Origin: Alphaproteobacteria bacterium
GTDB taxonomy: Bacteria; Pseudomonadota; Alphaproteobacteria; UBA828
NCBI GenBank assembly: GCA_965214705.1
Contig: OZ243972.1
Coordinates: 2,400,001-2,464,000, forward strand
Direction: 5' to 3'
DNA length: 64,000 bases
Of this stretch, positions 48,196-59,057 are shown one piece after another; position 1 is the stretch's first letter, and each line of letters starts with the position of its first letter. The position numbers and the translations under genes are program-made. The notes beneath the pieces are model-generated. The model was not told the DNA's origin, ran no database searches, and saw nothing but the letters and a program-made list of their open reading frames with translations.

Positions 48196-50291
48196 CCCAT
48201 CTTTGCCACTTTTCGGTCCCGAAGGCCTGATTTTGGGTAGCCTTTGGGATCTAAGGCACTGATTTTGTTGGATTGTGTTTTGGGAAGTCCATTGTAGTGC
48301 CATAATCTTTGGTCTGTGGGCCGGCGCTCCTTGACAGTCCGCAAACTGTCCGTGACCCTGCCGCCATGTTCATTCGCAAAACCCTCACCGGTCGCGGAGA
48401 CGGTGGCGAGCGCTATGCCACCTACCGCCTCGTGCGCAGCGAACGCATCGGCGGAAGGGTGCGCCAGGTCACGCTCCTCAATCTCGGCGCCGACTTCGGT
48501 GTGCCCGAGGAGCAATGGCGCGAATTGGCGCTTCTGATCGAAACCCTTCTCGCCGGCAGCGAGCCGCTGCTGGAGCCGGATGCCGCCTTGCGCCCCGTCG
48601 CCGAGGACGTCGTACGGCGGCTTCACGCCCGCGATCTCGGCGCGTCGCGGCCCGGGGACGAGAGCGACCTGGCCACGGTCCGTCTCGATAGCCTCTCCCA
48701 CGAACAGGTCCGCTCGGTGGGCTGCGAGCGCCTGGCTCTCGCCGCGCTTGACGACCTTCGCTTCATCGAGACGCTGGAGAGGCTGGGCGCAAGTGAGCGC
48801 GACGCACGCATCGCGGCGGCACTGGTGGTCGCGCGCATGATCCATCCCTCCAGCGAGCGCGAGGCCTTCCGCTGGCTGAGCGCGAACAGCGCGACCCTGG
48901 AGTTGCTCGATGTCGACAGCGGCAAGTCGCTCACGCTCAGCAAGCTCTACCGCATCGGCGACCTCTTGTGGCGTCACCGCGCGGCGCTTGAAGAGGCGCT
49001 GTGCGCCCGGGAGCGCGATCTCTTCGGCATCCCCGACACCATCGTCTTCTTCGACCTGACCAACACCCATATGACCGGACGGCCCAGCTCCGCGCTGGCC
49101 CGCTTCGGGCGCTCGAAGCAGAGGCGTGACGATTGTCCGATCGTGACCCTGGCCCTGTCGCTGAACCAGGCCGGCTTTCCGCAGCACAGCGAGATCCTGC
49201 CCGGCAACATCTCCGAGCCGGCCACTCTCGCCGACGCCATCGGGCGGCTGGAATGCCAAGCGCGCGGCAGCAACGCCCCCAGGCCCACGGTCATCATGGA
49301 CGCCGGCATCTCCACCGAGGCCAACCTCGCCTGGCTGCGGGCGGGCGGCTATCACTGGATCACCGTTCGCCGCGGCGTCTCGGCGCCGCCCGGGCGCGAA
49401 GCCGATGCCGCCTTCGAAACCCGGGCCGGCCACGATGCCCGCGCCTGGCGTCTCGCGGCAGGGGACGACGAAGCGCACCTGTGCGTCTGGAGCCATGAGC
49501 GCCAGCAGAAGGACGAGGCCGTGCTCGCCCGTCAGCGTCACAACTTCGAGGACGCCCTGCGCGCCCTGCATGGCGGGCTGTCGAAGAAGAACCACATCAA
49601 GCAGTTCACCAAGGTGATGGAGAAGCTGGGCCGGCTGAAGGAAAGGTACAGGCGCGTCCACCGTCAGTACGACATCGAGGTCGAGCCCGGAGAGAAGGGG
49701 CGGGCCAGTGCGGTCCGCTGGAGGCGCAACGCTCTCCATGCCGAGCGCGACCGCCAAGCGGGCATCTATGTGCTGCGCACCAGCCACGTCGAGTGGGATC
49801 TTGAAACCGTGGTCCGAACCTACTGGAAGCTCACAGAGCTCGAGGCCACCTTCCGCAGCCTGAAATCCGAAATCGGCCTGCGCCCGGTCTGGCACTCCAA
49901 GACCTCGCGCATCGCCGCCCACCTGTTCATCGCCGTCCTCGCCTACCACGCGGTTCATCTGCTGCGAACCCGTCTGGCGGCGCACGGCTTGCATGACCGC
50001 TGGAGTACGATCCGCGACAAGCTCGCGGGCTGGGTGCGTCTCACCTCCACCATCCGGGAGGTGGACGGAAACCGCATCGTCATCCGCCAGGATGCTCAAC
50101 CCGACGCCGAGGCGCGCGTCATCGCGCAGGCGGCGGGCCTCACGGTGGATCCCCACAGGCGCCGGGCGGTGCTCCCGGGAGTGTCGCGATGAGCGCACAA
50201 ACGTAGTGCCATAATCCCAGATGGGCCAGAAAATCAGCCCATCATCGCAACTACTTAGGTCGCAGGCGCGCGCCAAAATGGCAAAGATGGG
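48196..50291 (+). mobile_element. IS1634-family insertion sequence, 2096 bp
   Basis: 13-bp perfect terminal IR CCCATCTTTGCCA; ATGT duplicated at 48192-48195 and 50292-50295. Confidence 0.93.
48366..50192 (+). CDS. IS1634-family DDE transposase
   Basis: MFIRK..YRLV.S.R.GG.VRQ, FDLTN, FGRSK..R.D, MDAG, Y..L.E.E..FR.LK. Confidence 0.88.
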   Translation: MFIRKTLTGRGDGGERYATYRLVRSERIGGRVRQVTLLNLGADFGVPEEQWRELALLIETLLAGSEPLLEPDAALRPVAEDVVRRLHARDLGASRPGDESDLATVRLDSLSHEQVRSVGCERLALAALDDLRFIETLERLGASERDARIAAALVVARMIHPSSEREAFRWLSANSATLELLDVDSGKSLTLSKLYRIGDLLWRHRAALEEALCARERDLFGIPDTIVFFDLTNTHMTGRPSSALARFGRSKQRRDDCPIVTLALSLNQAGFPQHSEILPGNISEPATLADAIGRLECQARGSNAPRPTVIMDAGISTEANLAWLRAGGYHWITVRRGVSAPPGREADAAFETRAGHDARAWRLAAGDDEAHLCVWSHERQQKDEAVLARQRHNFEDALRALHGGLSKKNHIKQFTKVMEKLGRLKERYRRVHRQYDIEVEPGEKGRASAVRWRRNALHAERDRQAGIYVLRTSHVEWDLETVVRTYWKLTELEATFRSLKSEIGLRPVWHSKTSRIAAHLFIAVLAYHAVHLLRTRLAAHGLHDRWSTIRDKLAGWVRLTSTIREVDGNRIVIRQDAQPDAEARVIAQAAGLTVDPHRRRAVLPGVSR

Positions 50292-51142
50292 ATGTGCTTG
50301 CGGAACAGCTCGATCACGTTGAGCGGCACTTCCTCGCCCGCGTGCGCTCCGCAGGTGACGAGGCGGCCGTTGAAGCAGACCGCGTCGATGCTCTGGCGCA
50401 GCACGTCGCCGCCCACGCTCTCGATCACGAGATCGACGCCGCGGCCGTCTGTGAGCCTGAGCGCCTCGTCGCGGATGCTCTGGCGGGTGTAGTCGATAGT
50501 CTCGGCGGCGCCGAGCGCGCGCGCCTTCTCCAGCTTGGCGGCGGAGCCCGCGCTTGCGATCACCCGCGCGCCGTGCAGTAACGCGACCTGGATCGCCGAC
50601 GAGCCGACCACGCTGCCGGCCGCGTTGACCAGCACCGTCTGCCCCGCCTGCACACGGCCGAGAGCGACCGTCATGTGCCAGGCGGTGCCGAGCCCGATCA
50701 TGCCGGCGGCGGCGGTCTCGAAGGAAAGCGCGTCCGGCAGCGGGATCACCGAAAGCGCGTGGGAGACGCAATACTCGGCGTGCGTCCCCCACTGGCCCGC
50801 GCCGATGCGTCCGTGGGTGAAGTCGACGCCGTCGAGCCCGCTCAGCCAGGGCTCGGAGAGCGGATCGCCTTGGGCGAAGTCGATGGCGACGCGGGTGCCG
50901 GGCGCGGGGCCCTCCACGCCGGGGCCGAGGGCCGCGATCTCGCCCACGCCTTCGCAGCCGGGCACGTGCGGCAGCGTCACCGGGATGCCGGAGATACCCT
51001 CGCGCACGTCGTGGTCCAGGTGGTTGATCCCGCTCGCGCGGATACGCACCAGGACCTCGCCCGGCCCCGGCTCGGGCGTCTCGATCTCCTCGTAGAGCAG
51101 GGTCTCGACGCCGCCGTGGGCGCGGATGACGACCGCCTTCAC
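50292..51142 (-). pseudogene. N-terminal part of a quinone-oxidoreductase-type MDR gene, interrupted by the IS
   Basis: MKAVVI..HGG, GINHLD, AAGSVVG; reading frame runs into the IS end. Confidence 0.88.
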
Positions 51143-51151
51143 GGCGGGTCC

Positions 51152-51796
51152 CTACTCGGCAGCTTCGGCCGCGACCGCGCCGGAGAGCGCGGCGATGGCT
51201 TCGGCGCTCGTGATGATGTCGGCGTACTTCTGGCCCATGTCGAAGAGGTTCGCCTCGTGGGGTCCGAGCGCCCGGTCGCCGACACAGTCGCTGATCACCA
51301 CCGGGCGGAAGCCGTGGCACATGGCGTCCAGCACGCTCGCGCGCACGCAGCCCGAGGTCGTGCAGCCCGCCACCATCACCGTGTCCACGCGCATCTTGGC
51401 GAAGGCCGGCGCGAGGTCGGTGCCGAAGAAGGCCGACGGCACGCGCTTGCGGATGACGATCTCGCCCGGCGCCGGCGCCAGAGCATCGACGATCTGGCTG
51501 TCTGGCGCGTCCTCGGTCAGCCCCGTGAGCGAGGGCACCTTCATGCACATGATGTTCGCGTCCGCCGCGTCGTCGGCGAAGATGACGCGGGTGTGCGCCA
51601 CCGGCACGCCGCGCTCGCGGCAGAAGGCGAGCAGCCCCACGGTCGCGTCGATCGCCTCCTGGATATTGCCGCCGCCGAACTTCGCCGGGTCGGTGAAGCC
51701 GTTGACGAAGTCGACGATGAGCAGCGCCGCCTTCTCGCCGAAGCCGAGCCGGTTGCCAAAATTCTGGGTCTTGTAGATGTCGATGTCCGAAGCCAT
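51152..51796 (-). CDS. Isochorismatase family cysteine amidohydrolase (N-carbamoylsarcosine/maleamate amidase-like)
   Basis: ALLIVDF, K..PSAFFGT, GCTTSGCVRAS. Confidence 0.88.
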   Translation of the reverse strand: MASDIDIYKTQNFGNRLGFGEKAALLIVDFVNGFTDPAKFGGGNIQEAIDATVGLLAFCRERGVPVAHTRVIFADDAADANIMCMKVPSLTGLTEDAPDSQIVDALAPAPGEIVIRKRVPSAFFGTDLAPAFAKMRVDTVMVAGCTTSGCVRASVLDAMCHGFRPVVISDCVGDRALGPHEANLFDMGQKYADIITSAEAIAALSGAVAAEAAE

Positions 51797-51849
51797 GCCG
51801 CACCCCGCCTCCGTTAGCCGTTGGAGAACAGACGGAACCCCGCCATGTG

Positions 51850-52230
51850 TCAAGCGTCGCCGCCGTCGCTCTCGACCGTGACCGCGGCCAGCTTGCCGTT
51901 CTCCAGGTGGAACTCGGCGCGCCCGCTGGTCTCCCGCGCGTGCCCCTCGGCATCTTCGAGCCTGAGGGTGAAGCGGCAGGTGGAGCGCTGCCCGGCCTCG
52001 TCCACCTCGTGCTCCAGCAGCTCATGCCGGATCGAGGGATAGTCCGACAGCATCTGCGCGAGATACTGCTTGATCTCGCCGTCCCGCCCGCGGTGGCTCT
52101 GGCCGTCTACCGAGAGCACCGCGTCGTGGGCGAAGCAGTCGAGCACCGTGCCGAGGTGCCGGAAGTCGATATTGCTGTAGTAGCTGTGCTCGACCAGATT
52201 GACGATCTGGGCGCGCCTGAGCATCACCAC
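51850..52230 (-). CDS. NTF2/SnoaL-like protein
   Basis: YY..ID......LDCFA.DAV, GR..I..Y pattern; GGAGG SD. Confidence 0.7.
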   Translation of the reverse strand: MVMLRRAQIVNLVEHSYYSNIDFRHLGTVLDCFAHDAVLSVDGQSHRGRDGEIKQYLAQMLSDYPSIRHELLEHEVDEAGQRSTCRFTLRLEDAEGHARETSGRAEFHLENGKLAAVTVESDGGDA

Positions 52231-52364
52231 CGGCGCCTCCTCTCACCCGCGGGCCCATCGTAGCCGGCACCATCGGCCGTCCGAAAGGCCGGCAGCCTCC
52301 GGACGATGGTTCTCTGGTCAATTCGGTGCGAAGGCCATAGTCTGATTCGAAAGGAGGCGGCGCC

Positions 52365-53156
52365 ATGCATGCATTCAACTATCGTCGTGCGACATCGGTG
52401 GAAGACGCGGTTGCCGCCTTCAATGGCGCGGACGACGGCGCCTATCTCTCGGGCGGCCACACGCTGCTGCCGACGATGAAGCAGCGCCTGGCGGCGCCCT
52501 CCGACCTGATCGACCTCGCGGGGCTGACGGCGCTCAACGGAATCACGGTGGACGGCGAGGCGGTCGAGGTCGGCGCGCTCACGCCCCATGCGGCCGTCGC
52601 GGCCTCCGCCGAGGTGCAGGGCGCGATCCCGGCGCTCGCCACGCTCGCCGGCAAGATCGGCGACCCGCAGGTGCGCAACAAGGGCACCATCGGCGGTTCC
52701 ATCGCCAACAACGACCCGGCCGCGGACTATCCGGCTGCGCTGGTCGGGCTCGCCGCCACTGTGGTGACCGAGCGCCGCACCATTGCGGCGGACGACTTCT
52801 TCACCGGGCTGTTCGAGACCGCCCTGGAGGAGGGCGAGCTCGTCACCGCGGTGCGCTTCCCCCGTCCCGTGAAGGCCGGTTACGCCAAGTTCCCGAACCC
52901 CGCGTCGCGCTACGCCATCGTCGGCGTCATGGCGGCGGAGACGGCGTCGGGCGTTCGCATCGCGGTGACCGGCGCCGGCCCCTGCGTCTTCCGCGCCTCC
53001 GCCATGGAGGCCGCGCTGAGCGGCGGGCTGGACCCCGAGGCGACGCTGCCGGCGCTCTCCGACGAAGGTCTCAACTCCGACATCCATGCGAGCGCCGAAT
53101 ACCGCGCGCATCTGGTGGGCGTCATGGCCCAGCGGGCGATGGCCGCAGCCGCTTAG
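52365..53156 (+). CDS. Molybdenum hydroxylase FAD-binding subunit (CoxM-like)
   Basis: LSGGHTLLP.MKQRL, IGDPQVRN.GTIGGS.ANNDP, EYRAHL. Confidence 0.9.
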   Translation: MHAFNYRRATSVEDAVAAFNGADDGAYLSGGHTLLPTMKQRLAAPSDLIDLAGLTALNGITVDGEAVEVGALTPHAAVAASAEVQGAIPALATLAGKIGDPQVRNKGTIGGSIANNDPAADYPAALVGLAATVVTERRTIAADDFFTGLFETALEEGELVTAVRFPRPVKAGYAKFPNPASRYAIVGVMAAETASGVRIAVTGAGPCVFRASAMEAALSGGLDPEATLPALSDEGLNSDIHASAEYRAHLVGVMAQRAMAAAA

Positions 53157-53212
53157 CGGGGGGAGAGAACCGGCCGCAAAACACAAAACTACAAAACGAA
53201 CCCAATTTCACG

Positions 53213-53225
53213 TAACCACTTGATT
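53213..53225. promoter_or_regulatory. IHF consensus site in an AT-rich patch
   Basis: TAACCACTTGATT matches YAANNNNTTGATW exactly, with A-tracts next to it. Confidence 0.5.
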
Positions 53226-53358
53226 CATAATAAATTACATACATTTCGCCAGTTCATAGCCCCGGTGCGGGCTCGTCACGACAAGTTGAAGCAAAGCGAT
53301 TGGCGCCGCACCCCGGCAGGCCCGACATTCCAACCGTCACAGGACGGAGGATTGCTCA

Positions 53359-54366
<1,008 letters not shown>

Positions 54367-54371
54367 GCCCA

Positions 54372-54589
54372 GCTTATTCGTTTCCCTCAGGCGCCGGGCG
54401 CGAACTTTTTCATTTCCCTCAACGGCGGGCGCTCGTTCCACTCGCTTGCCTACGCGCTACGCGCGCGGCGCATGTGCGCCGTCCGAGCCTGACTTTATCA
54501 TTTCCCTCAGTCGCCGGGCGCTCGCTCCGCTCGCTTGGCTACGCGCTTACGCGCGCGGCGCTGTCGCGCCGTCCGGGCCTGCGGCCCGG
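54372..54589. repeat. Tandem ~88-bp repeats (2 full + 1 partial), rich in mini-hairpins
   Basis: Units at about 54404 and 54492, partial at 54372; each contains TTTCCCTCA...GGGCGC. Confidence 0.85.
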
Positions 54590-54688
54590 TTCGCGTCAAC
54601 GGCAAACTCCTCGTTTGTTGCCGGCAGCATGAGAAACCGGACCATGGTGCGGTGCACAGGGAGGGGCGGCGCGGGGCAGCATCGCGGG

Positions 54689-55501
54689 ATGAGCCAGAAA
54701 ACATCCCGCGAGCGTATCCACACCATGCAGAACGAAACTCCCCGGAAATCCCCCGAGAGCACCCCCAAGAGCACAACGGCCGGGACGTTCGGCCGCTCCT
54801 CCATCAAGCGCCTGCCGTCCAAACTCCGCGAGGCCGTCAATCAGGCCATCGCGGACGGCGCCACCATCGACGAGATCACCGCCCGCATCCGGGCCGAAGG
54901 CGAGACATGCTCGCGCTCGGCCGTCGGCCGCTACGCCAAGAACGAGCGCGACCTGATCCGCCAGCAGCAGGAGACCGACCGCACCATCAAGGCGTGGGTG
55001 GACGCGCTGGGCGAACGGCCGGAGGGCCAGGCGGGACTCATCCTGATCGAGACCCTGCGGACCATGGCGCTCGCCACCATGGCTCGTCTCAGCGCGCGGG
55101 AAGAGCCCGTCTCGACGGAGGAGTTCGCCCGCCTCGCCCTCACCCTCAAGCGCATCGAAGGCACCGACAAGCTCCGCAAAGACCGGGAGCGGGCGGCGAA
55201 GAAGGCGGCGAACGACGCAGATCGCGCCAAGGGCCAGGGCGGGCTCTCGCCGGAGGTGGTCGCCATCATCCGCGCGGAGGTAGAGGGCAGGCCCCCGCCA
55301 CCCCCGCCTGCTCCCCGCACCGTCACATCGGTGCCGGTGGACCCGTGGAACCCCGCCGAAGCCCGCCTATACCCATCGATCCCAGCTGATCCCGGCGAGT
55401 CCCACTTGAGCCCGGATCATCGCTATGAATCCTGGACGGAAATCGCGCCGCGGGTGTTTCGCACCAGCCCCACATCGATCCTGTCCCTCGGGCCGGAGTG
55501 A
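54689..55501 (+). CDS. DUF3486/Mu gp27-like protein with Pro-rich C-terminal extension; start uncertain (54689 or 54725)
   Basis: GRSSIKRLP..LRE......GATIDEI...SRSAVGRY and GLS.E.VA.IR match the family as I recall it. Confidence 0.72.
   Translation: MSQKTSRERIHTMQNETPRKSPESTPKSTTAGTFGRSSIKRLPSKLREAVNQAIADGATIDEITARIRAEGETCSRSAVGRYAKNERDLIRQQQETDRTIKAWVDALGERPEGQAGLILIETLRTMALATMARLSAREEPVSTEEFARLALTLKRIEGTDKLRKDRERAAKKAANDADRAKGQGGLSPEVVAIIRAEVEGRPPPPPPAPRTVTSVPVDPWNPAEARLYPSIPADPGESHLSPDHRYESWTEIAPRVFRTSPTSILSLGPE
55342..55414 (+). repeat. 10-bp-phased CCCR array
   Basis: CCC[AG] at 55342, 55352, 55362, 55372, 55381, 55391, 55401 and 55411. Confidence 0.7.
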
Positions 55502-55507
55502 GGCGGG

Positions 55508-56293
55508 CTAGTACGCCGAGAGAAACGACTTCAGCGCGGCCGTGAACGCCGGCGCCCGCTCGATATTCGAGAGGTGAGCGGCGTCGAGTTCCAGATACTG
55601 AGAGCCGCCGATCCGCTCGTGCATCAGTCGCATGCCGGCCGGCGGCGTGCCGGGGTCCTGCGAGCCGGCAATCAGCAGAACGGGATGATCGATCGAGCCC
55701 AGCCGGTCGAGGTTCGCGAGCGATTGGATGGCGCGCGCGCAGCCCGTATAGCCCGCGACCGAGGTCGTGCGAATCATGTGCCGCACATCGTCGATGCGCG
55801 CGGCGCCGCTTGCCCGATAGCCCTCGGAGAACCAGCGCTCGATGGTCGACTCGACGACCGCCTCCATGCCCCCGTCGGCGACCGCGGCCACGCGCTGGTC
55901 GAAGGCGGCAATGAATGCTTCACCGCTGTGCGCAGAGGTGTTCGCCATGACCGTGGCCGTGACCCGATCCGCATGGTTGAGCAGGAGTTCCTGCACCGTC
56001 ATCCCGCCGATGGAGAGGCCCACGAAGTGGCTCTTGCCGATACCCAGGTGGTCCCAGAGGCCCACGACATCGCCCACCAGGTCGTCGAACGTGTACGGTC
56101 CCTCCACCGGCGCGGATTTGCCATGCCCGCGCTTGTCGTAGCGCAGGATGTGGAAGTCCTCGGCGAGCGCGGCCTCCTGCTCGTCCCACATGTGCAGGTT
56201 CGTTGCCAGCGAGTTGGAGAAGGTCAGCCAGGGTCCGCTCTCGTTCCCCGAAATCTCGTAGTTGATTGAGACGCCACGGATATCGGCAAGCAT
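55508..56293 (-). CDS. pcaD: 3-oxoadipate enol-lactonase-like alpha/beta hydrolase
   Basis: [31 protein letters not shown]. Confidence 0.82.
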   Translation of the reverse strand: MLADIRGVSINYEISGNESGPWLTFSNSLATNLHMWDEQEAALAEDFHILRYDKRGHGKSAPVEGPYTFDDLVGDVVGLWDHLGIGKSHFVGLSIGGMTVQELLLNHADRVTATVMANTSAHSGEAFIAAFDQRVAAVADGGMEAVVESTIERWFSEGYRASGAARIDDVRHMIRTTSVAGYTGCARAIQSLANLDRLGSIDHPVLLIAGSQDPGTPPAGMRLMHERIGGSQYLELDAAHLSNIERAPAFTAALKSFLSAY

Positions 56294-56452
56294 TCGCTCT
56301 CTCCCTGTCGGTCGGGCGCATGTCTTACCACGGTCATGGTGTGCGTGGCATCTCGGCAGCGCTTGACCGCCCCGGAGTTCGCTGCGAAAACCGCCGCACG
56401 GCGCGGCCGGATGCCGCCTGTCTCCGAAACATCATCATCGTCGGGGGAAACC

Positions 56453-57622
<1,170 letters not shown>

Positions 57623-57656
57623 GGGCGCGCCCGGCCGGCGCCCGTCCTGCCGTGCG

Positions 57657-58355
57657 ATGGAAGAGCGCCGCCGCCGCGTCTACGGGCGGAGGCTAAGCCA
57701 CCGTCTTCGCCCCGGCCGTCAGGCACTGCTTGAGCGTGCCCTGCCGGCGCTCAGGATCGACCTTCCAGAGGACTCGCGGGCTCGGATCGACCTGAGCGGG
57801 CTGTTTCCGTCGCCGGTCCGTGACCTTTGGCTCGAGATCGGCTTCGGCGCGGGCGAGCATCTCGCCCATCAGGTCCGCGCCAATCTGGCCGTGTGCTTCA
57901 TCGGCTGCGAGCCCTTCGTCCAGGGCGTCGCCGGTCTCCTGCGGCATCTGGAGGCGGACGGCACGGCAGACAGGGTCCGCATCTTCCCCGACGATGCGCG
58001 GCTCCTGCTCGATCGCCTGCCCGATGCCAGCATCGGCCGGCTGTTCGTGCTGTTTTCCGACCCCTGGCCCAAGAAGCGCCACCACAAGCGGCGCCTGATC
58101 GATGCCGAGACGCTCTCCGCCTTCGCGCGCATCCTGAAGGACGGCGCCGAGTTCCGTTGGGCGTCCGACGATGGCGGCTATGTGGAGTGGACGCTGGAGC
58201 ATGTCGCCCGGAACGAGGCGTTTGCCCTAAGCGATCGAATTTCCGGCGATTGGCCGGCGCGGCCGGTCGACTGGCCGGAGACGCGCTATGAGCAGAAGGC
58301 CCGCGCCCAAGGACGCACGCCTGTCTTCCTCCGCTACGTCCGCAGCTCGCGCTGA
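57657..58355 (+). CDS. trmB: tRNA (guanine-N7)-methyltransferase
   Basis: LEIGFGAGEH, DPWPKKRHHKRR, TRYEQKA. Confidence 0.94.
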   Translation: MEERRRRVYGRRLSHRLRPGRQALLERALPALRIDLPEDSRARIDLSGLFPSPVRDLWLEIGFGAGEHLAHQVRANLAVCFIGCEPFVQGVAGLLRHLEADGTADRVRIFPDDARLLLDRLPDASIGRLFVLFSDPWPKKRHHKRRLIDAETLSAFARILKDGAEFRWASDDGGYVEWTLEHVARNEAFALSDRISGDWPARPVDWPETRYEQKARAQGRTPVFLRYVRSSR

Positions 58356-58508
58356 TGGCGGCTTACCGCAATTCGCAGGCGTTGATGAGGGCGCAGCGGG
58401 GAGAAACACCTTGAAGAGAATCCACAAAGCGCGATAGGTTAGCGGCGCTGCGCTCTTCGGGGGTGTGAGGAGCGCGGCAAAGAGCGTGCCCAGGGTTTGA
58501 GTGATTGT

Positions 58509-58535
58509 GGTGGGCAGTGGTGGCCCGCCTTTTTT
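58509..58535 (+). promoter_or_regulatory. rimP leader, terminator-like hairpin
   Basis: GGTGGGC-N7-GCCCGCC followed by T6, immediately before rimP. Confidence 0.65.
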
Positions 58536-58547
58536 CTGTTCTGCGGT

Positions 58548-59057
58548 ATGACGAAGACGCGAGACGTGGACTCGGAACGGCAGATCGAACATGCGATTGC
58601 ACCGGTGCTGGCGGCGATGGGCTATGAGGTCGTTCGAATCCGCCTCGGCGGGGGCAGGCAGACGGTGCTCCAGGTGATGATCGAGCGGGCCGACCGCGTG
58701 CCGCTGACCGTGGACGACTGCGCCGCGGCCAGCCGCGCCCTCTCCGCGCAATTCGAGAACGACAACCTGCCGGCGACCGACTACGCGCTGGAGGTGAGCT
58801 CGCCGGGGATCGACCGGCCACTGGTGCGGCTCGCCGACTTCGCCCGCTTCGCCGGATTCGAGGCCAAGGTGGAGATGAGCGAGCCGCTGGAGGGTCGCCG
58901 CCGCTTTCGCGGTCGGCTGCAGGGCGCCGGCGATGGGTGCGTTCGCATGACCGTGGACGATCAGAACGTCTCACTGCCATTCGACGGGATTCGCGCGGCC
59001 AAGCTCGTGTTGACCGACGAGCTGATCACGGCCAGCCAAGCGGCGGAGCGGGTGTGA
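58548..59057 (+). CDS. rimP: Ribosome maturation factor RimP
   Basis: DDCA..SR, Y.LEVSSPGIDRPL; first gene of the nusA operon. Confidence 0.94.
   Translation: MTKTRDVDSERQIEHAIAPVLAAMGYEVVRIRLGGGRQTVLQVMIERADRVPLTVDDCAAASRALSAQFENDNLPATDYALEVSSPGIDRPLVRLADFARFAGFEAKVEMSEPLEGRRRFRGRLQGAGDGCVRMTVDDQNVSLPFDGIRAAKLVLTDELITASQAAERV

Noticed and set aside
47979-52025. 1348-aa minus-strand ORF
   Set aside because: It crosses an IS and several real genes in antisense or shifted frames, is Arg/Gly/Ala-rich and has no domain motifs; a high-GC shadow ORF
52365-53156. Aerobic CO dehydrogenase locus
   Set aside because: No coxL or coxS, so the substrate cannot be assigned from the FAD subunit
54372-54589. 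Possible CRISPR array
   Set aside because: Whole units are similar to each other, there are no unique spacers and no cas genes
54689-55501. Prophage
   Set aside because: Only one phage-like gene; no large terminase, portal, capsid or transposase nearby
56294-56452. SAM riboswitch upstream of metK
   Set aside because: No SAM-II or SAM-SAH consensus recognisable by eye; an Infernal/Rfam scan would settle it
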